Assembly (NCBI GenBank): GCA_964016885.1
Contig: OZ024740.1
Span: 66,340,001-66,404,000, forward strand
Reading direction: 5' to 3'
DNA from: Eledone cirrhosa
Taxonomy: Eukaryota
Length of the DNA stretch: 64,000 bases
Shown here: piece by piece, positions 1 to 13,437 of the stretch
Layout: the number at the start of each line of letters is the position of its first letter
Numbering within the stretch: position 1 is the stretch's first letter
Notes under the pieces: model-generated
The model's input: only the letters and a program-made list of their open reading frames with translations
The model's database searches: none
Told to the model about the DNA's origin: nothing
Position numbers and translations under genes: made by a program

Positions 1-113
1 CTTATGGGCTAAAACCTGTCTTAGTGAATATTACAAATATTTAGACATCCATTCCACTAACGCCTCAATAGAGGCGTATACATGTTTTAACTTCCATAGA
101 ATTTTTAATTTAA

Positions 114-332
114 CCCTTTAATGTTCAAACCGGCCAAAACCGGCCAGAATCCTCAACTCTTTCTGTTCAAAGTGGCTGTAACTGGCCACTCAAACTGATA
201 TTAAGGTATTGTCCTCAAAATAAATACTTTCAAAATATCATAGATTCGATATGATGTGAGATAATTGTGTGAGGTAAAGTCTTTACCACAAAAATGCAAT
301 AGTGTATATAGAATAATGTAAATGTTAAAGGG
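114..332. mobile_element. piggyBac-like MITE
   Basis: Termini CCCTTTAATGTT / AATGTTAAAGGG form an imperfect inverted repeat. Flanks are TTAA (110-113) and TTAG (333-336). Confidence 0.6.
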
Positions 333-1015
333 TTAGCTGTTATTTAGACCCATATCAACTTTCACAAACCCAAGATCGCTCCAAAAGAAATGTCACTTCA
401 GCGTTTCATTCACAAATGTGTTTGTATTTTCTCTTTCTCTATCTCTGGCATATCTGCCATTACCCCAAGCTTCTCTGCTTCTTGGTTCTGGCTGCTGTAG
501 AATATTCAATAAACACAATTTTCTCAAGTGACCAGGCTGCCTAAAGAAAGATATAAAAGAAATAAACAATATGACATCATAAAGTATTCATTTCATATCC
601 GTTTAAAATCCTACCTAGTTCGATAGTAATCAAATATTGCTTCATAAAAAAAGAGAAAAAACGGCTACGTTATAAATTATATTGCGTCGATCCTCCTTTT
701 ATAAATACTTCTCGTACACAAACTTACAAGTATGAATGCAGTTTTCAGCATTCACATATACATATAAAAATAAAAAACAACCGCTCATACACACACATGC
801 AAGACAGCATCTACATATCTATATATACGGCTAAATATAAGATTTGTAACTTCAATATCTATCAGCATTTGTTTTTGTAATATTTTGCGACCTACGGAGA
901 GATCGATAAAATTAGTAAATTCGCCATAAATGAAAATCTTCTGTGGATAACAGTTATTGTAGAATCAATTCTACTTCGGATAAACAAAACTAAATTTAAC
1001 CGGTTGCTACACTTT

Positions 1016-1075
<60 letters not shown>

Positions 1076-1220
1076 GGCACAAACATACACGCACCCGCGA
1101 ACCCACATAAAGATCTATTGTCCGAATCATAAAGACACTTCTCCTACTATATCGAGCGTTAAAATAACGTATATCTTTATTTTATTGTGTTGTTTGCTTT
1201 GTTGTTTCCGTTTACTTTTT

Positions 1221-1257
<37 letters not shown>

Positions 1258-1286
1258 CCCCGCTCACACACATACACACACACACA

Positions 1287-1437
<151 letters not shown>

Positions 1438-1576
1438 CAGTTACTTTTTAAGTATTTATTGAATGGAATGTTTTTATTTCAAGTTTTTCTTTAAATAAAT
1501 AATTGAATTTATAATCTTTAATTGAACAACCATGATTCTACTTATATTCATAACAAATGGTTATTCTACGTATAAT

Positions 1577-1607
<31 letters not shown>

Positions 1608-1737
1608 GTATAAGTTCTATTTAAATTGTTGGGATACAACAAGAAAATATTGTTATAACTGATATAAAGCACTCAACAAATAATTGGAGTAAAAATACGA
1701 TATTAACAAACGGAAACTATATTTATAAAACCATATT

Positions 1738-1802
1738 TATTTCATTATACATATTTCAAGGACACCAAGTTAAATTATGGTGTGCTTTCATCAGATAAAA
1801 TA
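1738..1802 (-). ncRNA. Type I hammerhead ribozyme
   Basis: Minus strand: ATTTTAT-CTGATGA-AAGCACACCA(10-nt loop)TGGTGTCCTT-GAAA-TATGTA-TA-ATGAAAT. Intact core, 9/10-bp stem II, stem I of at least 7 bp. Confidence 0.75.
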
Positions 1803-2976
1803 TAATATGGAGCAGTTTTATAAATAAATATTAACATACCATTAAAGAATGCGACCATTACTGTTGGAAGTTCCGGGAGTATCCTAGGTTTTGAAATAGC
1901 GAGAGTGAACATTTTAATTGGAAATCGAACAGTGTGACTCCAAATAAGATGTAATAAAATATTTTGAATCACCGCCTCCGACTCTCTCCCTCAGTATTAT
2001 GAGCAAATGGGGCCGCATGCTCTGGCTGTCCCATGGCCCCGACGGACGGAAAAGAGAGGGCGTTTCCCTGGAGGAACGTGAGTGAGACGCTTTGGAAAAA
2101 CTATTCTAGCTTACGAAGCTCACACCTGCTGTTAGCCAAATCCGTGTCAATGGTGGTGAGTAAGGAGGTGGTAAAAGACAAGGACACCAGAAGTCACAAC
2201 TGCTACATGCCCGACCGCAAACCTGTCGGAGAACGTACGTCGTTCTTCAATCATAACATTAATGGCATACATTTAACCATTTAGAAAGCTGTATTACATA
2301 TTTCTGGAAACGTGTGTTTTATTTTTAGTCATTCAAGTATTATGATTGCTTGTCTAAAATTGCGAATGATTTTACACTACACAACCGTTAATAGTTTACA
2401 ACATTCCTTTTGTTAACGTATAGTGTGGCTTGTTTTCAAATGATACGAGACATTTTGATCGACATTACCAAATCGGCAATGATTTTCTAACGGTAAATAT
2501 ATAGTGATCATGAGAGACTTAGATTTAGTTTAAAATGGCAGTTATGTGTCAAACGCAATACACAATTCAGTCTATGTATAATTTACATTTATAAGTTTAT
2601 AAGAGTAATCTAAAGGGATTGTTGCGATCAAATATTCCCTATCAATAAACATTTTGAGACATTTGCCATTATAAGCCATCTATATGAATTATTTATGAAA
2701 GTATATTTGATATCTAATAAAAGGGGCTGTAGTTATATACTTATACAATATCGGTGCTTAGTTTATTGGTTGTCCAGTGCAGAGATATGTGATCTGCATT
2801 TGATTTCCTCGACTGCATGCCTCAGCGTCAATGTAAAATTTGGTTGACAAATAAAAATTAGATATTTTTCATTTTGTAAAACAAACCTCACATTATAATA
2901 TGGCGGTATGCCAGTTGAGCACAGTGTAATAATATTCTTCGTTTTCCATATTATTTTTATATATATATGCATGTAG

Positions 2977-3056
<80 letters not shown>

Positions 3057-3079
3057 TATGTGTGTGGGGGGGTATGTGG

Positions 3080-3146
<67 letters not shown>

Positions 3147-4544
3147 CGTGCGTGTATATATATACACATACAATCATCTTCTGCTGCCCCAAGGATCGAG
3201 TACTCTGTTAAATAATGGTCTAACAAGTTTAAAACTGATTCCATTTTGACTAATGTATATATATATATATACATGTGTGTGCGCTTTAACAGAGGGCAGA
3301 ACAGTTCATTCCGGTAGATAAACCATGATGTAATATTAAGGAACTCTACGTCAAGCAACTCATCCATCGTGGATGCTGAATCCTTTGACAACAGAAAGCA
3401 GGACTGGAAATATCCTTTTAAAATTTTAATGCTGCAAAATACACTATTCTTATTTCAATGGCTATATTATATCGTCAGGTCTTGATGACGTCGTCAGGCA
3501 GAGATTGCAAAAGGATTAATCAATTAAGGCGACGTACGTTAAACACAAACAGCGAATATATATTATACTTGATCCGGAGATGACTCAGGAAATTTGGTTT
3601 TTAGTTTTGGGACAAACCCTCTCTGAATAACACACTCGTCAATGCTTAGTAATTTGAGTTTTGTATGAGCAACCAAGAGCGTAGATGTTGTTTGGTGACG
3701 ACATAAATTCTGCTGTTAATAAATTATCAGAACCAAATGGTCTGATGCCACGAAAGGTAGAGTTACTAACCAATGTCTAATTAAAACTTGGCCGGAAACC
3801 AGCGCAGCGTGACGGCGAAGAAAATAAAATGAGGTGAGTGATGTAAATGTATAAACCATAAATAGTATAAAGAGTAGTGATAAATATCACGAGAAATAAA
3901 TTAAAGAGAATGAATAACGAAAAATACATCAAGAATAAATAAATTAATACGAAATATAGTTATAAATATTAACATTAATAGTAACTTCAATATTATAAAG
4001 TAATTATAATTTTAATGTCAATTATTCGTTAAAAGTAATTGAGTAAAGAGTACATAACCTGATTCCCTGTTATTTGTCAGTGTTTGTATGGTGAAAGAAA
4101 GGAAGGAAACGTAAAGAAAGTGAGGCAAAGCATTCCAGTGAGAGTGACGTAATAACCCTCTCCATCACTGCAAGGTCAACAAATGAAAAACCAGTACGAA
4201 GAGTAATCAAATATCGAAGAGGAGGAAATTATTTAATAAATCAATTCTAAGTAATCAAGAAATGGAAATAAAATTTGGCTTCTTATATCTAACTCGAAGA
4301 CACAGCAGACGGTCAGTCGGTGGTGTAACGCATAGCAGATAATGTTTAATTGTAGTAATGTTAATGAAACTGGTGATGAAATTACATAGTGTGGATTAAA
4401 AGTCCAAGTACATAATTGAAGGTAAAATTGAGGATAAATAAAATATTGGAGATACATATTGGATAAATAAGATATTGGATTAAATGGGACATTTAATATC
4501 AGACTATGAAATACATTATAATAATAACCTATACGATACAATTT

Positions 4545-5100
4545 GAGAAAATATCGAAAAGTAAAGAGTGTGTCAACAGTTTCAAATACTTGGAAGCAAT
4601 TATTTCAGATGAAGTATCTAAACCCAAAATACTCGCCAGATCTGCCCAGTCAACTGCAGCACTTACAGCAGCACTTATAAAACTGAAGACACTCTGGAAT
4701 GAAAAAAAAAACATAGTCCTCAGATTGGTGAGCTCTCTGGTTGAGTCCATATTCTGGTTTGCCTGTGAGGCTTGGAAATTAACAGCAGATCTGGAAAGAA
4801 GGATAAAGGCTATGGAGATAAAATGCGTGAGAAAGATTCTTGGCATAACATACAGAGAGTGCATCTCCAATGAGGGGGGCGGGAGCGAAAGAGAATTTGA
4901 CAATATCTACAGTGCTTGTCAAGACTGGGAACATTACAAGAAAGGAGGAGATGAGGCAAACATAAAAAGAGGTAGGAGAACATCATCTCAGAATGGGCAG
5001 GCATGAAGGTGGGTGTAAATATGAGGTTCGTGTAGAGGCCAAATGAATCGAAGGAACTCGTTGCCAGTTCATCTATGGCACCCAGACGGTGCACGTGACA
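4545..5100 (+). mobile_element. RTE-type LINE 3' fragment (degenerate)
   Basis: ORF 4506-5006 contains FKYLEAII...ACEAW...KAMEIKCVRKILGI, the C-terminal RT/post-RT region typical of RTE elements. Confidence 0.7.
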
Positions 5101-5766
5101 AATGGTATATAATATATATATATATAATATGTTGAAAAGGTAACACTAGAGAGGGATACAGTGCGCTATCAATAAAACAGGGAAAAACCACCAGTGTATG
5201 GAATCTATAACCAATGAAAGGCAGAGTATACACAGGATAATTAAAAATATAAATTAAAGCGTAAATAAATACCTCTATAACTATATAACAACGTACAAAT
5301 CCATATTTACAGGGAATGGCGAGAGTCTGTGGCCCCGTTAATGTATCGTGATATATATATATATGTGTGTGTCTGTGTTTATACATATATGTGTGTCTGT
5401 GTATGTGTTTGTATGCGGGTGTATGTGTATGGTGTGTGTACGTGTGTGTGTGTGTGTGTGTATGTGTGTGTGTGTGTGATGTGTGTGTGTGTGTGTGTGC
5501 GTGTGCGCGCTTGAATGAGTTTATCCATATCACTATGTATATATTTATATGTCACATTAAACTGGTAATACTATCATTCAATAGATTAGACGATACTTGC
5601 GGTAATAGAGTGTAAATATATTAGAGATTCATGACCCGACGGCTGAGCTCTTGCCATTTCAGTAGCTAAATGCATGTTCAATTTGCTGTCGGTACCGCAA
5701 GAGCTGAGCCGTTAGGCGCCGCCTCTCTAGTATATAAACACACACACACTCACACACACACACACA

Positions 5767-5832
<66 letters not shown>

Positions 5833-5833
5833 A

Positions 5834-5881
<48 letters not shown>

Positions 5882-7006
5882 ACTCTCTCTCTTCTCAACA
5901 TTTCGCTTGCGAAAAATGGTTTCGATTTATAAATATTTTGGTTAATGAACAGCCTTCAGATACAAATCAGGTTCGGGACAGCAAACAAACCGAATATTAA
6001 TAATAGTATTATATAATTATAATATTATCATTATTCACTCACGAACACACACACACATACACACGCACACATACATACATACACACACACACACAAACAA
6101 ACAAACACACAAACACGCACACACACACGCACACACACACATATATATCTATATCTACATATATATATATATATATAACCAAAGATTAGCATGGTTCGTT
6201 GATTACCCAACGAATACAATTTTACAATAGATTAGAAGCACTCAACAAAGAAGTTTTCCTGGAGTTTTTAATATTATTCAAAATGTTAACAAATGAAAAT
6301 ATTCGCATAATCAAAATATATACTTTATTATATGTATTTCAAAGGTACTGTGTTGTTTGTTCAGTACGTTTTCATCAGAAAAAATATATGATTTGATATA
6401 TGACATACCGTTACCGTCTTGATTATTCAAATCCAGTATTGGCAGTCATATTCCAGTATATATATATATATTAACAATAGCAAACACAAACACTACAGGG
6501 AGCCTCACCCCAGAAAGAATTTCTATAGACTTTTGACTGAGGAATGCTCTCAAAACTGACCAATGTGAAGAGTGACCTTACAAATCTTTATAACATTGAG
6601 ATGGGTATAACACACACACACATTTTATTCGATTATTTTATTTTATGTTGTTCCTTTACCATCTTATTCCTTCTACCACTTTATCATTTTTTTTAGCTGA
6701 CTCCAACAACAACACCACTACCAACATAAGAATAGAGGTCAGGTGTACCTAACAATAACAAGAACAACCAATACAGATTGGCTTGCCTCAGAACGAATTT
6801 CTATAGACTTTTGACTGCGGAATGTTCTAACAACTGATCAATGAGAGGAGAAGAGGCCCTTTGACTCTGAAATTCATTTGTTTAAATTCATATGATTCCA
6901 GTTCCTCAGTGAAATAACAACCCAACCAGGAACTGGGCATATCAGAGTATTGAGAAAGTTAAACACTTCAACAACATGTGTACTCGTCCCTACCACACTA
7001 ATTCGG

Positions 7007-7061
7007 ACTGCCTGAAGAGGTGATAGCCAAATATGGCTGTCACCGAAATATATATAGCAGT
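7007..7061 (+). ncRNA. Type I hammerhead ribozyme
   Basis: ACTGC-CTGAAGA-GGTGATAGCCA(AATA)TGGCTGTCACC-GAAA-TATATA-TA-GCAGT. Perfect core, 11-bp stem II, 5-bp stem I, palindromic stem III. Confidence 0.85.
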
Positions 7062-7129
7062 AATAAACGAAGCCAAATTTTAAACATTTGACTAATTTAT
7101 TTTATTTTTTTTAATATATATATATACAT

Positions 7130-7530
7130 ATCTAGGTCGGGTAAAATTCCCGAGATCCATGGACGAGATCTCTCCAGCGGTCTCTGTCCCTCATTATCGC
7201 TGCCATGTCCTGCGTCTGCAACAGACCAGTGTCGATCCTCAGGGCATCAACATACGTTAACCTTGGTCTTCTTCTTCAAGTGTGTCCATGTAGGGTCTCC
7301 CACAGGAGCACTGAGTGCAATGTTGACTCTGGATGTCGGTGAGCATGTCCAGCTAACCTCAGTTTCCTCTGTGTCACTTATGAGCTGACTTTTGGAAGGC
7401 TCTCATACAGCTCTGAGTTTTTCATCGTCAGTGTATACTGATTAATGTTCAGAGCCACACTCAGCATTCTCGTGTAGCACCTATCCACCATCTGAGTGAG
7501 TTTCTTGGCGCCGGTAAGATATTGTCAGCC
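7130..7530 (-). mobile_element. LINE (RTE-like) 3' fragment
   Basis: Minus-strand reading gives CYTRML.VALNI...RKLRLAGHAHRH-type C-terminal LINE motifs with disruptions. Confidence 0.6.
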
Positions 7531-7645
7531 ATTGAAAAGAAATATGGGGAGTCTATATATATATATATATATAAATGGGGTTGGATGCCTAAAGCGACCG
7601 TATGAGCACTCAATGCCCTCTTAGATCAGAGTATGATATCACAGT

Positions 7646-7993
<348 letters not shown>

Positions 7994-8326
7994 CTTAAAA
8001 ATATAATGAGAATAAGAAGAAAGCAAGAATGAGGGAGGGGGTTTCCTCATCACTTCTATACTGGCGGTCCCGGATATCTCAACGCTTTAAAGACAATACA
8101 TCTAACCACAGAGTGTTCAATATGCGTGTAAGTTATTCGGAAAACAGAGGAAGGACAGTAGGAAAATAGAAAGAAAAATGGGAAAAGGGAAGAAAAGGGA
8201 AATAGTGAAAAAAACAACAAACCGAAGGGAGTGCACCAACTGACGGCAAGAAAATCCAAGCCTACAGTGTTAACAGAACATAAGTTCAAGCGTGTGATCG
8301 AACAAAAAAAGACGTGACTGACCCAA

Positions 8327-8384
<58 letters not shown>

Positions 8385-8390
<6 letters not shown>

Positions 8391-8963
8391 CTGAGGATGT
8401 CTGTCTGTATGTGTGTGACTTTGAATCACTAAAACTAGAGAAGCACCCAACCGACTGTTTTTAAACTTTACGCATGTAATACTTATGTTGAAGGGAGTGT
8501 TCTGAGCAAAAATAAATTTAAAATTTTCAATGCCTTAGAGACCGCAATAGGCGATTTATCGATCTCTCTCTATACTTCTTAGTATTTCTCTTTTTAGATA
8601 CATACATATAACGTCACGCCCTTATAATATATGTCTGTATGTCTGGCTGTCTGCATTACGTCACTTCCTACGATTCGCTCTGCGTCCAAAACGCGCCCTT
8701 ATAATATCTGTCTGGATGTATGGCTGTCTGCTTTATTCGGTTATTCTGCCAGCCTTGCTGAAGACAAATCCCACTCTCATTCCCCAAACAGTTGGTAGGT
8801 GCACACAACTTCTTCCTCACGTTTTAAGCCACAGTGTTGCTTACTCACGTACCACCAGACCCTTACTTCTTTTCCAGTCGTGGTTGTGACAATACTAAAC
8901 TTAGCTAAGGCGGTTATATATTTCACAATAACTTATCCCGTGCAACGCCGGGTACCACTGGTA

Positions 8964-8964
<1 letters not shown>
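8385..8964 (+). mobile_element. Non-autonomous Helitron-like element
   Basis: 5' ATGTCTGTCTGT...GAAGCACCCAACCGA block is shared with 38239-38490. The 3' end has a CCCG-TGCAACGC-CGGG hairpin, then ...GGTAG|T, a variant of the Helitron CTAG|T end. Confidence 0.6.
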
Positions 8965-9016
<52 letters not shown>

Positions 9017-9964
9017 GACGCATTGTCACAGAAAAATCCGATAGCAAGCGATAAATTGATAAAATTTCAATTATTTTTAAACCGCATAGCAAGTAAAAAA
9101 AATACTTAAGAATGGTATATTGACCATGGAAACACCAGGCACCCCGATGCACTCACCCTCTTCCTATTAGATGGAGTTAGATCTCTCATCTGTGACTCCA
9201 CATGTGATACGTGCTCTGCGGTCCGCTATTTTGATGAAAGGAAGATTAACAAATACCGATGATTGTCTGGGGGCTTCTACTTCGCACCGGTCGACGTCTG
9301 GACCTCAGGCATACCTGGAACCCATACTACTGAGCTTCCCCGCAAGATCGGAACGTCGGGGGCCCATCTGAATGAGGAACCCCTCCAAGTGGGATAACTG
9401 TTGCAGCGCGTGTCGCTGGCCATTTTCCGCGTTAATGCTTTTGCGATTCTCTCCAAGGGGAGCAGCCCCAGTAGCACCACGCCCTATGCCCAGAGTCCAA
9501 TCATACTGAAACCCACTTCCCCATTCTTCTGTGACACTAGAGTTATTGACTTTCCTTTCCTTTTTCCGTTTTTTTATATTTTTATATTTTAAATTCCATT
9601 CTTTCATATCAATCATTTTTTTTCCGATTTCAATTAAATTGTATTTACACGATATATTAATTCAATTGTATGGATATAATGGATATTTTCATATTCTATA
9701 CCGTGCTATTTCATGAATGAAAAACGGAATTGCAGAGCCACGTGATTACCACTCAATCATCAGTAAAATGTTTTCATCTTACTAGACACAAATATACGAC
9801 TGTTCCCCATATCGTCAAAAGAGGTTCTGAACGCACATGGGGAGAAAAATAAATAATATGTTGATGCAGAAAAGTGAACGGGAATACTGAAAATGGCAAT
9901 GCGTTTGCTCCTATAAAATCAGATGTTCTTATACCATTGCGCCCATAACATTCGTAAAACACTA

Positions 9965-10355
9965 ATAATTGTTTCTACTTTGGCACAAGGCCAGCAATTA
10001 TTCCAGTGTATTACTGGTGCTTTATTTTATCGAACCCATAAGGATGAAAGGCAAAGTTAACCTCGGAGGGATTTGAACTCAGACAATAATTGGCCGTAAC
10101 TCTTTGCTGCAAAGCATATCGTCAGACCCTCTACCGATACTGCCCACCGGCCTAACACACTAATAATTGTTTCTACTTTTGGCACAAGGCCAGCAATTAG
10201 CCAGTGCATTACTGGTACTTTATTTTATCGACCCCGTAAGGATGAAAAGCAAAGTTAACCTCGACGGGATTTGAACTCAGAATGGCAGGGGCCGTAACTC
10301 TATGCGTCAAAACATAGCGTCCGACCTTCTACCGATCCTGCCAATCCACCGCCCC
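9965..10355 (-). mobile_element. Two tandem tRNA-derived SINE copies
   Basis: Reverse complement of the 15748 family: A-box-like TGGCAG.ATCGG, B-box GTTCAAATCC, conserved TTTCATCCTTACGGGGTCGATAAAATAAAGTACC core. Confidence 0.85.
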
Positions 10356-10696
10356 TCACACACTAATAATGTGGATATATTTGCCTCGACAATAACACAC
10401 TCTTGCATATACATATATATATATATTTGTGTGTATGTGTGTGTATGTGTGCGTGTGTGTGTTTGTGTGTGTGTGCGCGCGTGTGTGTGTGTGATTGTCT
10501 GTATGTGTGTGCGTGTGTGTATGTGTGTGTGTGTTTCCGTAGAAACAGTAAGAGAAAGAAGAGTGCTCTATGTAAATTACAGAGCTAATTAATTACATAA
10601 TAAACAACACACTATAATTATTCCATTACTTTCTTTGAACTTTTGTAAATGGAATAATTATATTGTGTTGTTTATTATGTAATTAATATATAAATA

Positions 10697-10760
<64 letters not shown>

Positions 10761-11094
10761 TATATCGAATGTATAAAAGTAACACACGAGTTGATATATA
10801 TAAAAATCCTAAGCTATGAGCAGAGTAGCATTGACAGAAAAATGAACTCTCTTCTCTGAATGAACATGTACGTGAAAATTAATTTTACTTCCTCTTTTTA
10901 TTTTCATTTTCTTCATTATTATTATTATTATCACTATTTGTACAATTATGCAACTTAACAATATTCTGCATATTCGCAATTGACAATGCATTTAATGGTG
11001 AAACCGGTATTGTAAATAAATTGATTTGATATCTCACTGAAAAAAATCTCTTCAATATTTTATACTGAAAGACTGTTTTTCCTTTCTACTATTT

Positions 11095-11134
<40 letters not shown>

Positions 11135-11140
<6 letters not shown>

Positions 11141-12160
11141 GTATGTATCTATACGTACATACATATATGTATACAGACGTACAGTAGTATGTATATATAT
11201 ACATACATGCACACATATATATACATGTACGTATGGGTTTACCGGACATTCATTATAATGTTCGGTTTGTTTGTTTGTAAGCAAACAAACAGCCCGAATT
11301 ACGCCGTACAGTGCTCGGCAACCATCGTCGCCCTTTTGTTCAACACTGACATAGGAACGATGTACTAATTTCAAGCGTATTAGCTATCGTCAGCATCGTA
11401 TACCTTTCTACCAGATGATTGAACGTCTGAAAGTATATACTTTCTTTATGCATATTAACGGCTGAGCAGCCTAATTTGCATATCGAGTGGGTTAATCGGT
11501 CAGGCGCATCGAAAATGATAAATGGAAAAGAATAAAACGAAATTTCATTTCTCACTTTTAGTACGGCTGATACTTAAATGTAAGTATTTATGTATACGTA
11601 ATACATATATGTATAGAGACGTAAAGTAGTATGTATATATATACCTACATGCATATATATATATATGTCGGTATCGGTTTACCAATCATTTATTATAATG
11701 TTCGGTTTGTTTGTTTGTAAACAAATGAACTGCCCGAATCACGCCGTACAGTGTTCAGGCAACCATCGTCACCTTTTTGTTCAACACTGACATAGCAACG
11801 ATGTACTAGTTTCAAGGTTTTTAGCTATGGTCAGCATCGTATACCTTTATGCCAGATGATTGAACGTCTGAAAGTATATATTTTCCTTATGCACATAAAC
11901 GGCTGAGCAGCCTAATTTGTATATCGAGTGAGTTAGTCAGCCGGGCGCACCGAAAACGATAAATGGAAAAGAATGAAACGAAATTTCATTTCTCACTCTT
12001 AGTGCGGCTGTTACTTAAATATAAGTATGTACACGTACATACATATACGTATACAGACGTACAGTAGTATGTATATATTTATACATACATGCACACATAT
12101 ATATGTGTACGTATGGGTTTACCGAACATTATTATTATGTTCGGTTTGTTTGTTTGTTTG
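11135..12160 (-). mobile_element. Tandem ~441-bp hammerhead-containing repeat (retrozyme-like), family A
   Basis: About 2.3 tandem units. HHR motifs on the minus strand at 11357-11399 and 11798-11840. No meaningful ORF. Confidence 0.75.
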
Positions 12161-12184
12161 TTTGTTTGTGACATACCCTTGTGA

Positions 12185-13290
12185 CATACCTTCTTTCGCC
12201 GAAAAGAAGTAAGTGACATAGTTACTACTTTAAAATGATAGCGTATGGTCTTCTAACTGTTTTTAAATAAACATATGGAATATTGCCAAATCTGCTATAC
12301 ATACATTCATGTATACATCACTATTTCAGGGCACTAATCCTAATACCTAATTTTTGCTGGATCCGCAATCGCTCTGTATAATCAGCTCCTGATTATTACT
12401 GGAATTCTATAAGAATCCAGCTCCTATAATTTTCGATTGAAGCAGGGGTGTGTGTGTCTCTGATGGACGCCAACCAGCGTGAAATATACTGTCAGCTTCT
12501 CTCCCTTCTTTCGCCGAAAATATGTAAGTGACATAGTCATTACTGTAAAATGCTAGCGTATGGTCTTCTAAATGATTTTAATTAAACATACGGTATATTT
12601 CCAAATCTACTATACATACATTCATGTATACATCGCTATTTCAGAACACCAATCCTAATACCTAATTTTTGATGGACCGCCAATCGCTTTGTATAATGAG
12701 CTCCTGATTATTACTGGGATTCTATTAGAATCCTGCTTCTATGATTTTCGGGGGGAGACGGGGAATGCTTGGCTCTGATGAATGTCAACCAGCGTGAAAC
12801 AGACTGTCAGCTTCTCTCCCTTCTCTCTCCGAAAAGAAGTAAGTGACGTAGTCACTACTTTAAAATGATAGCGTATTGTCTTCTAAATGTATTTAATTAA
12901 ACATATGGTATATTGCCAAATCTACTGTACATACATGCATGTATACATCGCTATTTCAGAGCACTAATTCTAATAGCTATTTTTGGCTGGACCGGCAATC
13001 TCTCTGTATAATCAACTCCTGAATATTACTGGAATTCCATAACAATCGGGCTCCTATAATTTCAGGCGGAAGCAAGGGGAGTTCGTGGCTCTTTTGAACG
13101 CCAACCAGCGTGAAACTGGCTGTCAGCTACACCCACTTCTTTCGCCGAAAAAGAAGTAAGTGACATAGTTACTATTTAAGACGATAGCGTATGGTGTTCT
13201 AAATGTTTTTAATTGAACATACGGTATAGTGCCAAATCTACAACACATCCATTCATGTATACATCGCTATTTCAAAGCACCAATCCTAAT
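12185..13290 (+). mobile_element. Tandem ~315-bp hammerhead-containing repeat (retrozyme-like), family B
   Basis: About 3.5 units. HHR cores start at 12460, 12775 and 13091 (periods 315 and 316). Confidence 0.75.
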
Positions 13291-13401
13291 ATATATATAT
13301 ATATACTTATGTATGTAAAAGGTAAACAGAAATAACAATCCAATCGGTACAGTGTCTGGAAGGTATATATTAGGTTAACGCTTGGTATAGCAGGAAGAGG
13401 G

Positions 13402-13437
13402 TCTTAACGTTTCGGACGCTAGTCCTTCACCAGAAGA
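13402..13437 (-). ncRNA. Minimal PLE-type hammerhead ribozyme (core variant CUGGUGA)
   Basis: Minus strand TCTT-CTGGTGA-A-GGAC(TAGC)GTCC-GAAACGTT-AAGA. Confidence 0.65.

Noticed and set aside
3445-3510. Two CTGACGA motifs on the minus strand near a GAAA
   Set aside because: No convincing stem II or stem I pairing.
9170-9540. GC-richer island with short ORFs
   Set aside because: No recognisable motif; possibly a decayed LINE ORF1 piece, but I cannot support a call.
11135-13290. Tandem arrays as CRISPR or snRNA gene arrays
   Set aside because: Whole units are homologous (no unique spacers), the context is eukaryotic, and no snRNA sequence is recognisable.
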